DNA from: Octopus vulgaris
Taxonomy: Eukaryota
NCBI GenBank assembly: GCA_951406725.2
Contig: OX597818.1
Coordinates: 8,680,001 to 8,744,000, forward strand
Reading direction: 5' to 3'
Length of the DNA stretch: 64,000 bases
Shown: positions 1 through 13,704 of the stretch, piece by piece
Numbering within the stretch: the first letter of the stretch is position 1
How the letters are laid out: the number at the start of each line of letters is the position of its first letter
Program-made: the position numbers and the translations under genes
The notes under the pieces: model-generated
Database searches by the model: none
What the model saw: the letters and a program-made list of their open reading frames with translations, nothing else
Told to the model about the DNA's origin: nothing

Positions 1-149
1 GATAGTACATCTTTGCCTGTTAGCAGCTTCAGCACATTTGACTGATCAACGGATCGACAATTCCACAACAATTTCTACAATTCCAGTAACAACATCCACA
101 ATGACAACAACCACAACGTCAACAACAATAACGATAACAAGACTGAAGA

Positions 150-1422
150 AGAAAAATTACAGAGAAAATTTTGAAAGAAACGCAAACTGCCATCGCTGCC
201 GCCGTTGCTGTCACTGCCAATGTCGCTGCTGCCGCCACAGTCACCATAGCCATGGCAAGAGATACTGAAAAGGATATTTCTTTCGCGATGGCTAAGAATA
301 TCTGGAAAATTCCTGTGTAAATAAAGAAGAGGTTTGACCAGAAAATTAAGATTTAACTCTCAACACTCTATCCGTGATGATGCAACAAAAGATTTTGAGA
401 TGCACGGTTACATGCCGCTGCATCAACTCAAAATCACGCCGGATGCAAAATGCTACTGAGGGACATTAAAAAATACCTTTGACGCGTATGAGAAAACATG
501 AGACACATGGGTTGAGAGAAGAATTTTGGCACGATTGAATTGTTATTTGGGACTGAAGAAGCTATTAGGTCTCTTATCCCTTTTCTTATTGAAAGGAAGA
601 GTTCCAGTTGTTAATCGGTCAGTCTCCTGCAAGCAACGTCTGCTTGGCGTCTTATGCGCACACAAACGCTTAAGTGGAGCCACAAACAACAATTTGTGGG
701 TGTTGAATGGTTGTGCTCTCAATATGTCAGATGCGTCTTTCCGTGGCTCAACTACTTGGTGGAACCTAAAATGTTATCAGTTGCCTAGGAGTCGAACAAC
801 TGCTGTCGTGTATGGTTGGAGAAAGTCCATCGGCCGAGTCCTTATTGATCATTGCTCTCTGACTGCTTTTAATCATACTTTGGCACAGTGAAGGTGATAT
901 TCCCAACTGAAGAAACAGCAACAACCTTCAAAACGAATAATCGTCTCTAATTCCAACATACCTCGGTCGGGGGTGGTTTTAAATAAAGGTCGCATAGGCA
1001 CCACTAGAAGTGGACATCTTGTTGCTTCTGCCAGCTACATTGTTCGGCATAGAAAATAAGACAATTTTCCTCAAGTGCACAAAATAAGATAGAAACTTTG
1101 GCCAGGCATGGCATTGGAATTATTGATACAGGCGGATTAGATGTGCCGAAGCCATCACTGACCTGACCAGACTCCCTTATTGCTTGTACACAAGTATTCC
1201 GAGCAGTCGAGGGCGAATGCATAGATGCGACATTTGTGGAAAGACATATCGCCTAAATACTTTTCCTCCCGTGCAAATAAGAAAGCCCTCGCTGCTGCAG
1301 ACACCTGTCACACAACAATACCAGCTGCAAAAGCAACGAAGATGCAAAAGCAACAACTCAAACAACATCAGCACCAAGCGCAGCAACATCTAAAACAACA
1401 GTATCAGCAGGAAGAGGGTTGA
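150..1422 (+). pseudogene. Possible decayed C2H2 zinc-finger transcription factor sequence
   Basis: HRCDICGKTY at ~1219-1248; KKYL*RV*EN at 468-497 with TGA at both Cys-like positions; Ala-rich tract ~180-260 and Gln/His-rich tract ~1345-1410; many stops and frameshifts. Confidence 0.3.
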
Positions 1423-1679
1423 GAGGGTGGTGCAGTCTTCCAGTATGCTTACTGAATAGTGGTGAAAGTAGAGTGGAGAGAATGGTTCGTGTAAATGAGC
1501 CTAATCTGAACATATGCTTGTAACAAGTAGGAGGTCTGGAAGAGGTTTCATGGTTAGCCTTACGTGGAATTTTATTGTTTAAATTGTGTTGCAAATTATT
1601 ATAGTTTTTGTTGTATATACATATTGCTGCACTAAACCCCACTCATCACTTTTATTGTATTCTCACTTTTTGTTAAATT

Positions 1680-2421
1680 ATTATTATTATTATGATTATT
1701 ATTATTATTATTATTATCTTTTTTTTCTTCTTTCAAATTTGCTTCCATTGCTTGCCGAGTATCTTCCCGACTCCTAGGGCAAAGAAACTCATAGTATACA
1801 TCAGTAGGCCATTAAACTAAACTCACTAGTTCGTTCATTTTTTTTTTCTTTTAAAGTTAAATTACAATACATGGGTAGTAATAGTTCTCACATCGACAGT
1901 GCTCTTCTCAATACGTGTGATGTACCAGTTAAGACAATCTTTTGCACTTCTTGCAGGGATGGTAAGCCAGGGATCATTCTCATATAATTTTCGGTTCCCT
2001 TCTTGATCATTCCTAGTGCTCCTACGATCACTGGTATTGTAACCGCCTTGAGATGCAACATTTTCTCAAATTCAATGAGCAGGTCTTTATATTTTCTGAG
2101 CTTGTCAAACTCTTTCGCCGAGATATTATGATTACAGGGGATGCTCATGTCGATCAATAAGCAAACTTTATTGTTTTGGTCTTTCACAACAATATCTGGT
2201 TTATTGGCTTTGATGGTTCGGTCTGTATGTACTGGAAAGTCCCACATAATTGTTACATTTTCTCCTTCAGTTACAGCTTGAGGGTGGTGATTATACCACT
2301 TGTCGGCAGTTTTGATATTGTAATGCCGACTTATTAACCAGTGTAGATATTGGCCAACTCTGTCATGTCTTAATTTATACTCCACTGGTGCTAAGACTTT
2401 ACATCCAGAGATAGGTGGTCC
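1680..2421 (-). mobile_element. 5'-truncated R4/Dong-like non-LTR retrotransposon (RLE domain, 3'UTR, (TAA)n tail)
   Basis: ORF 1888-2385 has RHD, KPDIVV..DMSIP..K..KY and PVIVGALG restriction-like endonuclease motifs; TAA tail 1680-1716; flanked by TAA tracts. Confidence 0.9.
1888..2385 (-). CDS. RLE endonuclease C-terminal fragment of R4/Dong-like LINE
   Basis: RHDRV...KPDIVV...LIDMSIP...KLRKY motifs, ends LRRALSM*. Confidence 0.85.
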   Translation of the reverse strand: MEYKLRHDRVGQYLHWLISRHYNIKTADKWYNHHPQAVTEGENVTIMWDFPVHTDRTIKANKPDIVVKDQNNKVCLLIDMSIPCNHNISAKEFDKLRKYKDLLIEFEKMLHLKAVTIPVIVGALGMIKKGTENYMRMIPGLPSLQEVQKIVLTGTSHVLRRALSM

Positions 2422-5400
2422 TTATTATTATTATTATCATCATCATCATCGTCGTCGTCGTCGTCGTCGTCGTCATCATCATCATCATCAGCATAATTAT
2501 TATCATTATTATTATTATTATCATTATTATTATTATTATTATTACTTTTTTTTTCTTCTTTCAAATTTGCTTCCATTTCTTGCCGAGTGTCTTCCCGACT
2601 CCTACAGCAAAGAAACTCATAGTATACATTGGTAGGCCATTAAACCAAACTCAATAGTTCGTTAATTTTTTTGTCGGCAGTTTTGATAAAGTAATGCCGA
2701 CTTATTAGCCAGTGGAGATATTGGCCAACTCTGTCATGTCTTAATTTATACTCCACTGGTGCTAAGACTTTACATCCAGAGATTAGGTGGTCCACTGTTT
2801 CAATCATGTCGTTGCAGAATCGGCATTTTGGGTCTGCTTCATTTTTCATCACATTGGCCTGGTAGTTCCGGGTTAATAGGCTTTGATCTTGAGCAGCCAG
2901 GATGAAACCTTCGCTCTCTGCTTTTAGCCCTGAGCTCCGTAGCCACTGATGGGTTTGCTTCTGGTCAACATCAGCTTGTTTGCTGCGGGTCACATATTTG
3001 CCGTGCAGAGGTTTCTCCTCCCACCTATCAGCCAATTGCTCGTGCGCTTTTTTCATTGCCATCATTTTCACCTTCTTTGCAACAATAGTTGCCGTACTTC
3101 CCTCGGGTTGTTCAGTTTGGGTATCCTGCACGAGATCAATAGCAAATTTTTTGCTTTCCTTTATGTTAGAATGAAGCTTCTTTCGTCTCTCGTGATTTTC
3201 CACGAGCTTTAGCATCCAGTCATTCGATATTTCGAGATATTTGGCCAGTACAATTGTGGCTGTTTTGTAAGCTAGTTCAAATTGGATCAGGCCTCGACCT
3301 CCTTGGGCTCTGGGAAGGTAAAGGCGATCTACGTCTGCCTTTGGGTGGTGCATCCTATTACAACTCAGCAGCTTGCGTATTTTCCTATCTATATTCTTTA
3401 CTTCACTCATATTCCAGTTCAACACATTGTAGCTATAAGTAACAACTGGAACTGCTAAGGAATTTATAGCTAACACCTTGTTACGTGCATTTAGCTCAGA
3501 TTTCAGGACTGCATGAACAGTCCTATAACATTCCTTCCTGATTTTCTCTTTCATGCTTGCATGCTGAATACCAGAGCCTTCATTTATCCCTAAATATTTG
3601 TATGTTTGTTCTTGCTCAAGCTCTCTTATGACTGTATCAACATCTAACACGACTGAATTTGTGGTCTTCACTTTCCCTTTCTGGAAAGTGGCCTTGGCAC
3701 ACTTCTCAAGTCCAAACTCCATCCCGATGTCATCGCTGAATGCTTTCACGGTGCGCAATAGGGCTTCAAGTTCATTATTGTCTTTACCATAAAGTTTTAA
3801 GTCATCCATATAAAATAGATGGCTTTTTTTTTGACAATTTTATACCCATACCCTGTTCTGTTTAATTCACTTGTAAGGGGTATTAGGGCTATGCAGAATA
3901 TTAAAGGTGAAAGTGAGTCACCTTGAAAAATTCCACAGTTGATGTTTATATTTTCTGAGGCAAGTACTCCATTAGAGTGGTATAATTGGAGATTCGTATT
4001 CCACAACGACATATTGTGCTTCAGGAAGTTTGAAATCACAGGGGAAATTTTGAAGATGTCCAGCGATCTCAAGATCCATGGATGCGGTATACTGTCGAAG
4101 GCCTTTTTATAGTCAATCCATGCGGTGCTGAGATTTCTGCGCTTGTTGTGACAGTTCTCAAGGATCATACGATTGATTAGCAGTTGATCTTTGTATCCGT
4201 AAGAGCCCCGGCGGCACCCTTTTTGTTCAATGGGGAAAATATCGTTCTTCTCCATGAATGCATGTTTTCTCCGCTAGGATAGATGTTAGGATTTTATACG
4301 TGGTGGGTAGACAGGTTATAGGCCGATAGTTTTTTGGAAGGTTGGTTTCGTTATTCTTTGGGAGTAGGTAAGTAATGCCACTTGCTAACCATTCAGGTGT
4401 TTTCTTTGGGTCTCTCATAATTCCATTGAGCAGCTGAACTAGCTTACCGTGTGCGAATGGGAGCGATGCGAGCCAGAAATTCGGCACCCTATCTTTACCG
4501 GGGATTTCCAATTGTGGGCCTTCGTGAGTGCCTTTCTTAGGTCTGCTATTGTGATGTCTTCCCATGCTTGTTGTTGTAAATTTTGGTAGGATCCTTCAGT
4601 TTGTATAATCCAGTCTGCATTTATGTTGTACGTCTTCTTGTCACTCCAAATCCTTTTCCAAAAGTTTTGAACTTCTTCCATGGGAGGGGGGTCTTTAACG
4701 GTTACTTTCTCCTTCCCTATTTCTCTGTAGAATTTTTTGGCATTGGATGTGAACAGCTTATTTTGCTTGTAAAACTTGTTTCTCTTTTCAAATCTTCGTA
4801 TTCTTTGGGCTTTTGCTTGGACTTTTTGTTTCAGCGTTTCTTTTATTGATATCAGTTCTTCTCTTGGTGAGGATCCAAATTTTCTCTTCATCTTTCTTCC
4901 TGTTCTGGATCTTTCATCATTTCCACATATTAGTTCATTTAATATTGATATTTCCCCTCTCATAAATTCCATCTCTTTTTCAATTTTACTTCTCCAGGTT
5001 TGATTTCTTCCCAGGTTTTGTTTTCTTTGTTTTTTCGAGGGCATACAGCTGGTTTCAATTGCCCTAGCAGAAGCGTAAATAATTTCATTTAACTCAATAA
5101 AATCAGGTTTTAATTCTCGTATTATTTCATTTGTTACATAGTTGCCAATTTGGATTTGTTTTTTATTTTGGTTTGTATTTGAGAGTTTATGAAGTGGTTC
5201 TCTATCATTCATACTTGTATGCCTTACAACTTCAAGCGTATTCAGGATTTTCTGCCTCATTTCTGTATTAGACTATCTGTGTTCTTCAGCAAATGCGAGA
5301 TCTTCAGCTACTGTTGTTTTTTCGTTTTCCTGGCTATCTTTAACAGGTACAATATAATTTCTTGTATCTTCAGGCCTTTGCGTACTTTGGTCAGATGGTA

Positions 5401-6040
5401 GTCTTTCAGTTAAGCCTCGTGGCGGGCTATACTGTTCATCTGATTCTTCATTTCCTTTGTGTCTTATATTTATGTCATTTTCCATTGCGTGCTTGATCGC
5501 GCTTATTTCACTGTCTGTGAGTCTGTTATTTCTAAGGATATGCCTCCTACATTTGCTAATTTGTTCTCGTCCAAATAGGGCCTACTGTCTTGATTCCGTG
5601 TTCTCCATATACTGTAAGAGTTTGCGGTGTGTCTCTCTTGAGATGGCCTACCTAATGCATAGTAATAAGCGTATATTACTTCTTTATACTCTTCTCGGGT
5701 CCATTTGTTCCGCTTACATTTTTCTTTCTGTGGTGGTTGTGGTGGTGAACTTGGAGGGCTCGAGTTGGGGGATTTCCCGTTCAAGTGACCATCCATGTCC
5801 GTATTCGGAGAAGAGTTTGAGCCAGTTGATGACTTTTCGATTCCAGGCTGGCTCTTCCCTGGGGGACGCGCTTCCAGATTAACCATGGGACAAGCGATTT
5901 GGTATACTGATTTAGTTTTCCTTTTAGTTTCCAAAAACATTTTGGTGCTACGATAATGTTATCATTTTTGAGCTTTGATTGGCTCGTGGGGAGACGGCCA
6001 TCATTGCCGTTACAATTATAATCGTACCATTATAGCAGCC
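2422..6040 (-). mobile_element. Near full-length R4/Dong-like LINE with frameshifted single ORF and an internal RLE deletion
   Basis: Consecutive ORF pieces 5940-5503, 5485-5273, 5260-4439, 4565-4227, 4255-3797, 3809-2640 with RT motifs NYRPITCL, AWIDYKKAFDS, GIFQGDSLSPL, MDDLKLY, YKYLG and CRFC..H..C knuckle; 3'UTR ~2545-2671; mixed TAA/TGA/CGA tail 2422-2544. Confidence 0.92.
2640..3809 (-). CDS. RT C-terminal half plus CCHC knuckle of R4/Dong-like LINE
   Basis: MDDLKLY, FGLEKC, YKYLG, RLYLPRAQGGRGL, CRFCNDMIETVDHLISGC, RHD. Confidence 0.88.
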   Translation of the reverse strand: MDDLKLYGKDNNELEALLRTVKAFSDDIGMEFGLEKCAKATFQKGKVKTTNSVVLDVDTVIRELEQEQTYKYLGINEGSGIQHASMKEKIRKECYRTVHAVLKSELNARNKVLAINSLAVPVVTYSYNVLNWNMSEVKNIDRKIRKLLSCNRMHHPKADVDRLYLPRAQGGRGLIQFELAYKTATIVLAKYLEISNDWMLKLVENHERRKKLHSNIKESKKFAIDLVQDTQTEQPEGSTATIVAKKVKMMAMKKAHEQLADRWEEKPLHGKYVTRSKQADVDQKQTHQWLRSSGLKAESEGFILAAQDQSLLTRNYQANVMKNEADPKCRFCNDMIETVDHLISGCKVLAPVEYKLRHDRVGQYLHWLISRHYFIKTADKKINELLSLV

Positions 6041-6436
6041 GTAGTCGGCTTATTATTGTTATTATCATCACCATTATTATCACTATCATCATTATCACCA
6101 CCATTACCATCATCATTATCATCATCACCATCACCATCACCACCATCATCATCAATGATATTGTTTTATGTGTAGTCACAGCAGTATCTTATTATTGTTA
6201 TTTTTGTTTTTTTTATCATTATCACCATCACAGTAGTGTCTGTCTGTCTCGTTGGCTAGCTTGGTGGTTGGCTGGCTGACTGTCTTCAGCGCCAGAGTTC
6301 TTGCCTGTCAAATAATACTTTCATATTTGGTTAACAATAGAGCCGAGGTGAGGTTTGTGTTGGTTGAACTCTTTGAGTGTGTGTGTAGATAGATAGATAG
6401 ATTATCAGCACTATTACTATCATTATTATCATCATC

Positions 6437-6609
6437 ACCATCATCACCATCACCATCAGTGATATTTCTTTTTTAGGTGAGGTCCTATCGGTCAAAAAAT
6501 GTTGAGATGTTTACTACTTAATAGTAGTAAACATCTGAACTTTTTTGACCGATAAGACCCCACCTAAAAAAAAAAAAAAAAATATCACAGATGGTGATGG
6601 TGATGATGG
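6437..6609. repeat. ~170 bp imperfect palindrome (fold-back)
   Basis: Centre GATGTTTACTACT-taat-AGTAGTAAACATC; arms extend through TATCGGTCAAAAAA/TTTTTTGACCGATA, TAGGTG/CACCTA and CCATCACCATC/GATGGTGATGG. Confidence 0.9.
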
Positions 6610-7074
6610 CTTAAGAAAAATTAAGGAAGGGCTGTTCTGTATTGTTTGTGAATAGAGAAGTTGTGTTCGACCAGAGAGAATCTTAGCATCATCATTTTTT
6701 TTTCCATGTGCGTTTGTGTTATTGCAATAAAAAGTGTTTGTATATTTCGTGTAAGGTAATATTGTGGAGGTTGAGGTTGACTTTTCTAGAGATGTTTGTA
6801 TGTCCAGTTAGAAGAACAGGTGTGTTTTTACAATAAAAAGTATATGTTTACATTTATATTTGAATATTCAGGGAGGAAGCAAAGAAAAGTCAGATTTTCA
6901 TAGAAAGTTTTAGGGTTTTGTAAGTCCACGAAAAGAAAAGCGTGATGTTTTTAGAGAGAAGAAAAAATTTAAAAAAAGGATGTTTACAGAGGCAATTGTG
7001 GGTATCAAAGTTTTTAAAGCTGGTCGAATGTATGATTGAAAACTGTAGATATGTAAATTTGTAAATTTTCTTAA

Positions 7075-7084
7075 CTTATTATTA

Positions 7085-7164
<80 letters not shown>
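7075..7164. repeat. (TTA)n microsatellite, probably the tail of the adjacent Dong-like copy
   Basis: Direct reading. Confidence 0.95.
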
Positions 7165-7166
<2 letters not shown>

Positions 7167-8940
7167 TGGTAATTTCATTTTCAGTATTTCATCTTGAATG
7201 TTTGATGAACGCAAATCTCAAATATCAATAATCTTCGTTAGGACACTCGCGGAGCATAGGATGGTACTTTACCGCAGATCAACAATCCGAGTTTCAATTC
7301 CAATCACTTTCAGTTTTTTAAGTAGCATTTAGAGTGTTATGCCAACGAATTATTACAGGAATAATTGTTGTCTTGCTCTTCCTCAATCTCCTCAGCACTG
7401 GGTGGATCCTATCTTTGTCATGTTTTCGAGGTCTTTGGTATCGACTCTGAAATCATAGGGAATTCCAGTACTGATGATCTTACGCTGTTTATTTTTTCTA
7501 TAATGATTCCTTGCCTTCTTACTTCAATATTATGGTTAGTCTTCATGGGTAAATCCCTCAATATCATGTAATTATGACTTCCTATCACAGAATCTGCTTC
7601 GTGTTTATACCATGTTTCTGCTGTTTTGAAACTACAAATACCCCTAACGTCTCGATGTACTCTTCTACGCACACAGTCATGACTACGCTTATATTTCTTT
7701 CGTATTAGTATACTGTTCTCACTCAAAGGTGATCGATACATTCATCTCTGTTATTGAAGATTCTACATTTGCTGTCTGATTGAGTTTTGTTGATCTGTGT
7801 CGTTCTCAGAATTGTTGTTAGACATGTGCACGAACATGCACAATTAGCATTTCCTTATGATATTTGAAGTTTCCCAACGTAAACCAAATCATACAAAATT
7901 CTCGATTTCTCGCATGAATTGCCCAGGGAATTCCATTTCTCTGTATATATATAATATTATATTATATTATATTGAATTGTATTATTTTTTTCTTCCTTTT
8001 GCTCACTTTGAATTCTCCTACTATTTCGGTCACTTTTTCGCAATATCTGGTTACCGAATACATTCTGTCTTTGCTCTGTACAAAATAATTTTTCAGAGCC
8101 AGTATCGCAAACTAACAGTGTCTTCTGCGTTTAGTAATCATCTGCCACCTTCCTTATAGTTAGGCAGGGTCAGTTGGAAATACTTCGAGGGTGGAGTTCG
8201 TGTGCCCCGTGAGCAGCTTTCAAGTTTTATTCAAGTTCGGCAGCTAGACCCTTGTCCTTCTCAGAATATCTTAATACGGGCATAACGTATGCATTTGCCG
8301 CTTTGAAGATTCTTCCTCCATTTATTTTTTCAGAGCACCTGCCTATTTCTCAACGTGCAATCTTTAGTGACTTCTCCTTCCATTTCCCTTTCGATCATCC
8401 TACTTATCTGCAGCACTCCTAGATTTTTTTATCCCTCATAACTCCACAGTGATCTAATCTTGTGATAATTTTGTGTCATCAGAACGTACCTTCCGGCCTG
8501 TTTTCATAATTACTCCTACACACTTATCTATCCCAAACTGCGTTCCAGTATCTTCATTTAAAACTCTCACAGTTTGGATCAGAGACTTCAGGTTTGTTTC
8601 AAGTTTTGTATATAGTTTCAGGTTATCTACAGTAAGTAGGTGATTTATTCTCATCTTAGTTTTGCTCAGTTTTGCTCATGGGGACTAGCACAATGACAAA
8701 AAGTAACGGAGACCGAATCGCCCTAGAAAAGGCCGCTGCATATTTTCTTCCTACATCCTTTTTCCTTCTGTGGCAATAAATTCTTCTTTACCAGTAAATT
8801 CTACACTTCATATGCTATGAGGCAATTTACTGGCTTCCAGAGTAATATTAAATAAGTAATAGGTCTACAATTGTTGACTTCTCCTCTGTTTTCTTTGTCC
8901 TTCATCACCACTGTCCTTTTTACCAACATGTCGGTGCCCC
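7165..8940 (-). mobile_element. Degraded R4/Dong-like LINE (second subfamily)
   Basis: INHLLTVDNLKLY..FGIDKC (8454-8654); HD..WYKHE..ILRDLP (7418-7741); 3' end abuts (TAA)n. Confidence 0.75.
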
Positions 8941-10034
8941 ATGTTGGTTTAGAATTGTAACTAATATAATAAGTGTTTCATCAATTCTGATGAATATGGA
9001 TACAAAATATACATTCTCAAAGGAAATTAGGAACTTTTAAGGATCTGCTCAGCAATACTAATTAATATATGTACAAAAAATAGACTTAAAGTAGAGAGCA
9101 AGACCATTTAAAAATAACGGAGGTCAATAAGAAAGAATATCTAAACCAGAAAACTATTAGTAAATTAGGAAGGCACGAAAAATAGATGGAGGCTGATGGC
9201 GATTCAACTGGCACTAATTGGCGTACACAAGATAAAATTATAAAGAGAATAAAAAAAAATTTAATATGATATTTGATAAAAGTGATTAAGTTAACATCGC
9301 GAGGGCATATTCCTTTACCTTCAAACTGATGATAAACGATATTAGGAGTATGAAAACATAGGACTCGGAATACACGTTAGATGGTCATTATTTTGGATTT
9401 AATCAAAATAGCGCTAGCCTCTAAAGAAAGCTTAAACAATACAATGTGGTTAACTCACCGCACATAATGTGGATATTATCTTATCGATCATCCTCTTGTA
9501 TCGTTGCGAATTGATAATGTTGAAATGATCGTTTCTTTTGTTTCTATATTTATTGTATCAACAACGCCCAAAAGTTGGTGAGGAATTCTGACCTCTTTTG
9601 TCAACTTCGATTTTGTTTTGGTGTGTGTGTGGGAGTTGACTTATTCATTTGTTTATCTGTAACGGATCACAAGTAACACCAAAAAATCTAATGGAATTTT
9701 TACAATCGTGTAAAATGGTAAATGTCATCAGATTAATACGTCACGCCAACAGAAAGATAAATGTAGCACCTGAATAAGCATTTTAATGGAGGTCAAAAAC
9801 ATTATGCTCATGGATATTAAGAATAAACTTACATGATATCTTATTATTAGGAAAAATTATTAACTAGTGAACACGTGCTTTGCAGAAACATGGTCTGATT
9901 AATAAACAATATGGTTTTCCATCCGCAAGTTGTTTTGGTTATTAAATATATATATGTATGTATATATGTAATACATGTATGCATATATGTATGCATACAT
10001 GTATGTACACAAACAAATACAAACACACATACAC

Positions 10035-10069
<35 letters not shown>

Positions 10070-10149
10070 TGTATGTATGTATGTATGTATAGTAATACAA
10101 AGGAAGGAATTGCGATTATCCCCACGTGGTGAATTGTAAAACAATCAAT

Positions 10150-12699
10150 CAATATATATATATATAAAGTAAAAGGAAAATACACATAGTTTACATAGTT
10201 TTAATATATCTTTTGATATATTTTACACTGTTTGTCGACCGGTTTCGCTTTCGCTAAACATGGCATTGAAATTATTATAATTTCGTATTTTGTTAAGATT
10301 TTAGTCCATGTTGTGTGTGGAGAATTTTATGAGTGAATTATTCAACAAGTATAACAATCTAAGGGGAGGTAATTGGTGATCGTTATTTTTGGGTACAGAG
10401 GTTAAGTATTCGTCTTTCGGGGAGGGGATAAATAAATATACACAAAAACTCAGAAGCTAAATTAGTGAGATGAAATATGCAGTGATGGGTATGTGATCAT
10501 GAATTAAAATATATACTGAGATCAAAGTCGGTTATTCATTCATATCTAGACGTGTTCTGTATTTTTCGATGAACAAGTTTCCTTTTATTTAAATGTTCTT
10601 GTATAGAAATTGTTTCTTTGCACTGGTAGTTGAGAAAAACTGTGAAGTTTGGTTGGATATTACCTGCACATCTCTCTGTGTGTCTGTATTGCAGGAACTG
10701 GATCTGTTCCTTATGTAGTCTCTGTCTCAGTGCCATACTTATCTATGCCGTATAGCTATGTCAACTAACTGAGCAAATTATTACATAAATTAGATTCTCG
10801 GAAGCACAAGTGAAGTTGGTTTTAATTGTGAACCTCTCTCCTTGTTTGAATAGGAATTCCCAGTCTTCCAGTAGGTTGGGGCGTGTGCCACCGTTTTCGC
10901 GTCCAAATATTTTAACCGTTGGTTTTGTGGTTTTTCTGTAAAGCTTCGCATCTTTTATGTCATTTTTAGCGGTTTGTGTTGCTTTTTGCATTTGATGAAT
11001 ATATGTGTTTCGAAAATGTTGTTCATTTTTGGATCTTTATTGAGCATAGCTGGATTTTGTATAATAGCGTTCTATGCCGTATAGTTTCTATGGTTGTGAG
11101 TTGATATATACGGAGGTGTTTTGAGATGAGTTGTGGTGTTACGTTTTGTTGCTCTTAGTGTTTTAATGTCTAATTTCTTAGCACATTTTATTCAATCGTC
11201 TATAAGTGAGGGTTGATATTTACTTTCAGCTAGTGTTGTTCTGAGTTCTTGCATACGACGCTCCCGATTATTTTTATCAGACACAATTGGGAAAATCATT
11301 TTTGCTAAATTAAATGGAATATACCTTCTTTTTTCTTTTTTTGATGTTTCGGGTGGCATGATCTAAAGAAGAGATACTGCTTCGTTTATGATAAAGGCCA
11401 GTTATAATTTGGTTATTGATTTTTTTAATCGTAATATCCAAGAAACGGAGTTGTTCTTTGCTTATATTCCATTTTCAATTGAATATTAGGTTTTATATTA
11501 TTTAGTACTGATTTGAATTCCAAAAGTTTATCAGTGGTCTACTTTCAAATGATAAAGCAGTCATCCGTTTATCTTTTCCAGTTCTCTCTTATATAATGGT
11601 GAAATGGATATCCTTATTTTTGCAGTGAATCCAAAATATATGGTGAATCCAAAATAACCTGTTATTAGGTTCGCAAGAACTGTGGCTGCTTTCGTTCCCA
11701 ATGTAATTTCGAATTTTTGACGATAGTAGGTGTCATCAAATAGGAAATAATTTATCTGAAGTATAAATTTTAAAGATTCAATAATAAAGACCTGGTTTAT
11801 GCGTTCCGGGAGTACTTCTGGGTACTTTTCCGACCAGAATTTTATTGCTTCTATACCATATTCATGTGAAATAATGCTGTGAGGATTAACATTGAAGGAA
11901 ACCAATACATCCTCTACATCAGTTGTTTTTGGTAGGTGCTTTAGCATGTTTAGATCGTCTCTAATGAAAACTTTTGATGTATTTGCTTGGTGATTGTTGA
12001 TCGTTTCATTAACTATCTTGCTCTTATGCATTTAAGGTAGGCCGTAAAAAATCCTCTTAAATTTCATGGTATAATATATTTCTTTTTGTCAGGCTTTTCC
12101 CATGTTGAATTATTAGGGATGCAAGATTTTTCATTGTTTTTTCTTGTTTATAGTTTACAAATTTTTCGTAGAAGTTATAGTTTTCTAGTATACATAATAC
12201 TAGGTTTTTGTAGTATTCTGTTTCCATCAGAACTACCGCACTTCTTTAGTAGTAAGTTCCTTGTCGTTTTATACTTAATTAGATTTTCCATTCAAGATTG
12301 TTGAGGTCCGAATTAAATTTTCGCTGATGGAAATTATTTGGGAAATTTTGGATATGGTCTCAGAAGTCATCTAGTGTTTATTCCTACATTTAGGTGCATG
12401 ATAATTACTTCGGTTTTTAACCAGTGATTTATCCTCGTTGTTATAGTTAGTGCTTCTGTGAGTCATAGTTTTCTGCAGAATTCCGAAATATTGTATTTAA
12501 ATTCATTTTGGTTAGATCTTCGTTTAATCATTTAGCTAGTATGCTGATTTTTATTGCAGAGAGAGTTATCTTTCATATTTTTATTAATTTGGGTTTCTCT
12601 AGTATGTTATATTCCAACGTGTGACCCTGTTTCTCTCCACTCGGTCTAAAACAATGTTTACTGTTATTATTATTATTATCATCATCATTATTATTATTA

Positions 12700-12793
<94 letters not shown>

Positions 12794-13704
12794 GTATTAT
12801 TATTGTTATTACTTATATTAGGATTGCTGGGAGGCCGGTGTTGCTGTTTGGGTAAATTTGGGTGGATGTACGTAGTTCGGGTTTCTTCGTCGGAAAGATT
12901 TTTGGCGTTTTTAATTATGTTTGAGATGATGCGGAGATGGTTTTGCTACCTGGGTAAATAAGTTGGAATTCCGTAGGTTGAGTTTCATCAAAGAGGTGTA
13001 GAAGTCCCTTGGATGCTTCTAGCTGCTGGGGACAAATAATTACTCCTGGTCCAAGGTTACTTTCTTCTAGTATTTCTTATTTGTGAATTGTCCCTATTAC
13101 TAGATTAAGAACGGTTTACTTCCAAGTGAGAATTTATTTTTTTGTGTTTGTGTTCTTTTACATGTTTATAGTTTGATCTACTTGAACGTTTACATATTTC
13201 TGTAGAGGTATTTGTTCTAATTTTTTTCGGGAAGGGGTAATCTGAATTGTGCAAAGAAATAATTTATATATAAGAACTTTTAAATAAAGGGAATTTGTTC
13301 ATCGTAGAATATAGAACACGTCTAAATATTAACGAAGAAACAACTATGTATGTATATTAATTCATGCTAATATAGCCATCACCGTACCTATTTCCTCTCA
13401 CTATTTTAACTTTTGAGTTGTGTATATTCTTTCTCCCCTCCCGAAAGATGAACAATTCCCCCCATCATCCACAATAATAACGATCACTGAATACGTCCCC
13501 TTAGATATTTGTACTTGTTGAATCATTCATTCATAAAATTCTTCTCATAAATCTTGGACTGAAATCTTCTGCAGAAAATGCGAAATTACAATACTTTCAA
13601 TGTCATGATTAGTGAAATTGAAACAGGTCAAAAAACTAAATATAAAATATATAAAAAATATGCTAAAACTATGTGAAGTATGTGCATTTCCTTTGTTTAT
13701 TTTA

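Noticed and set aside
526-891. ORF with an AHK motif suggesting a BTB domain
   Set aside because: Only three residues match; the rest of the BTB pattern is absent.
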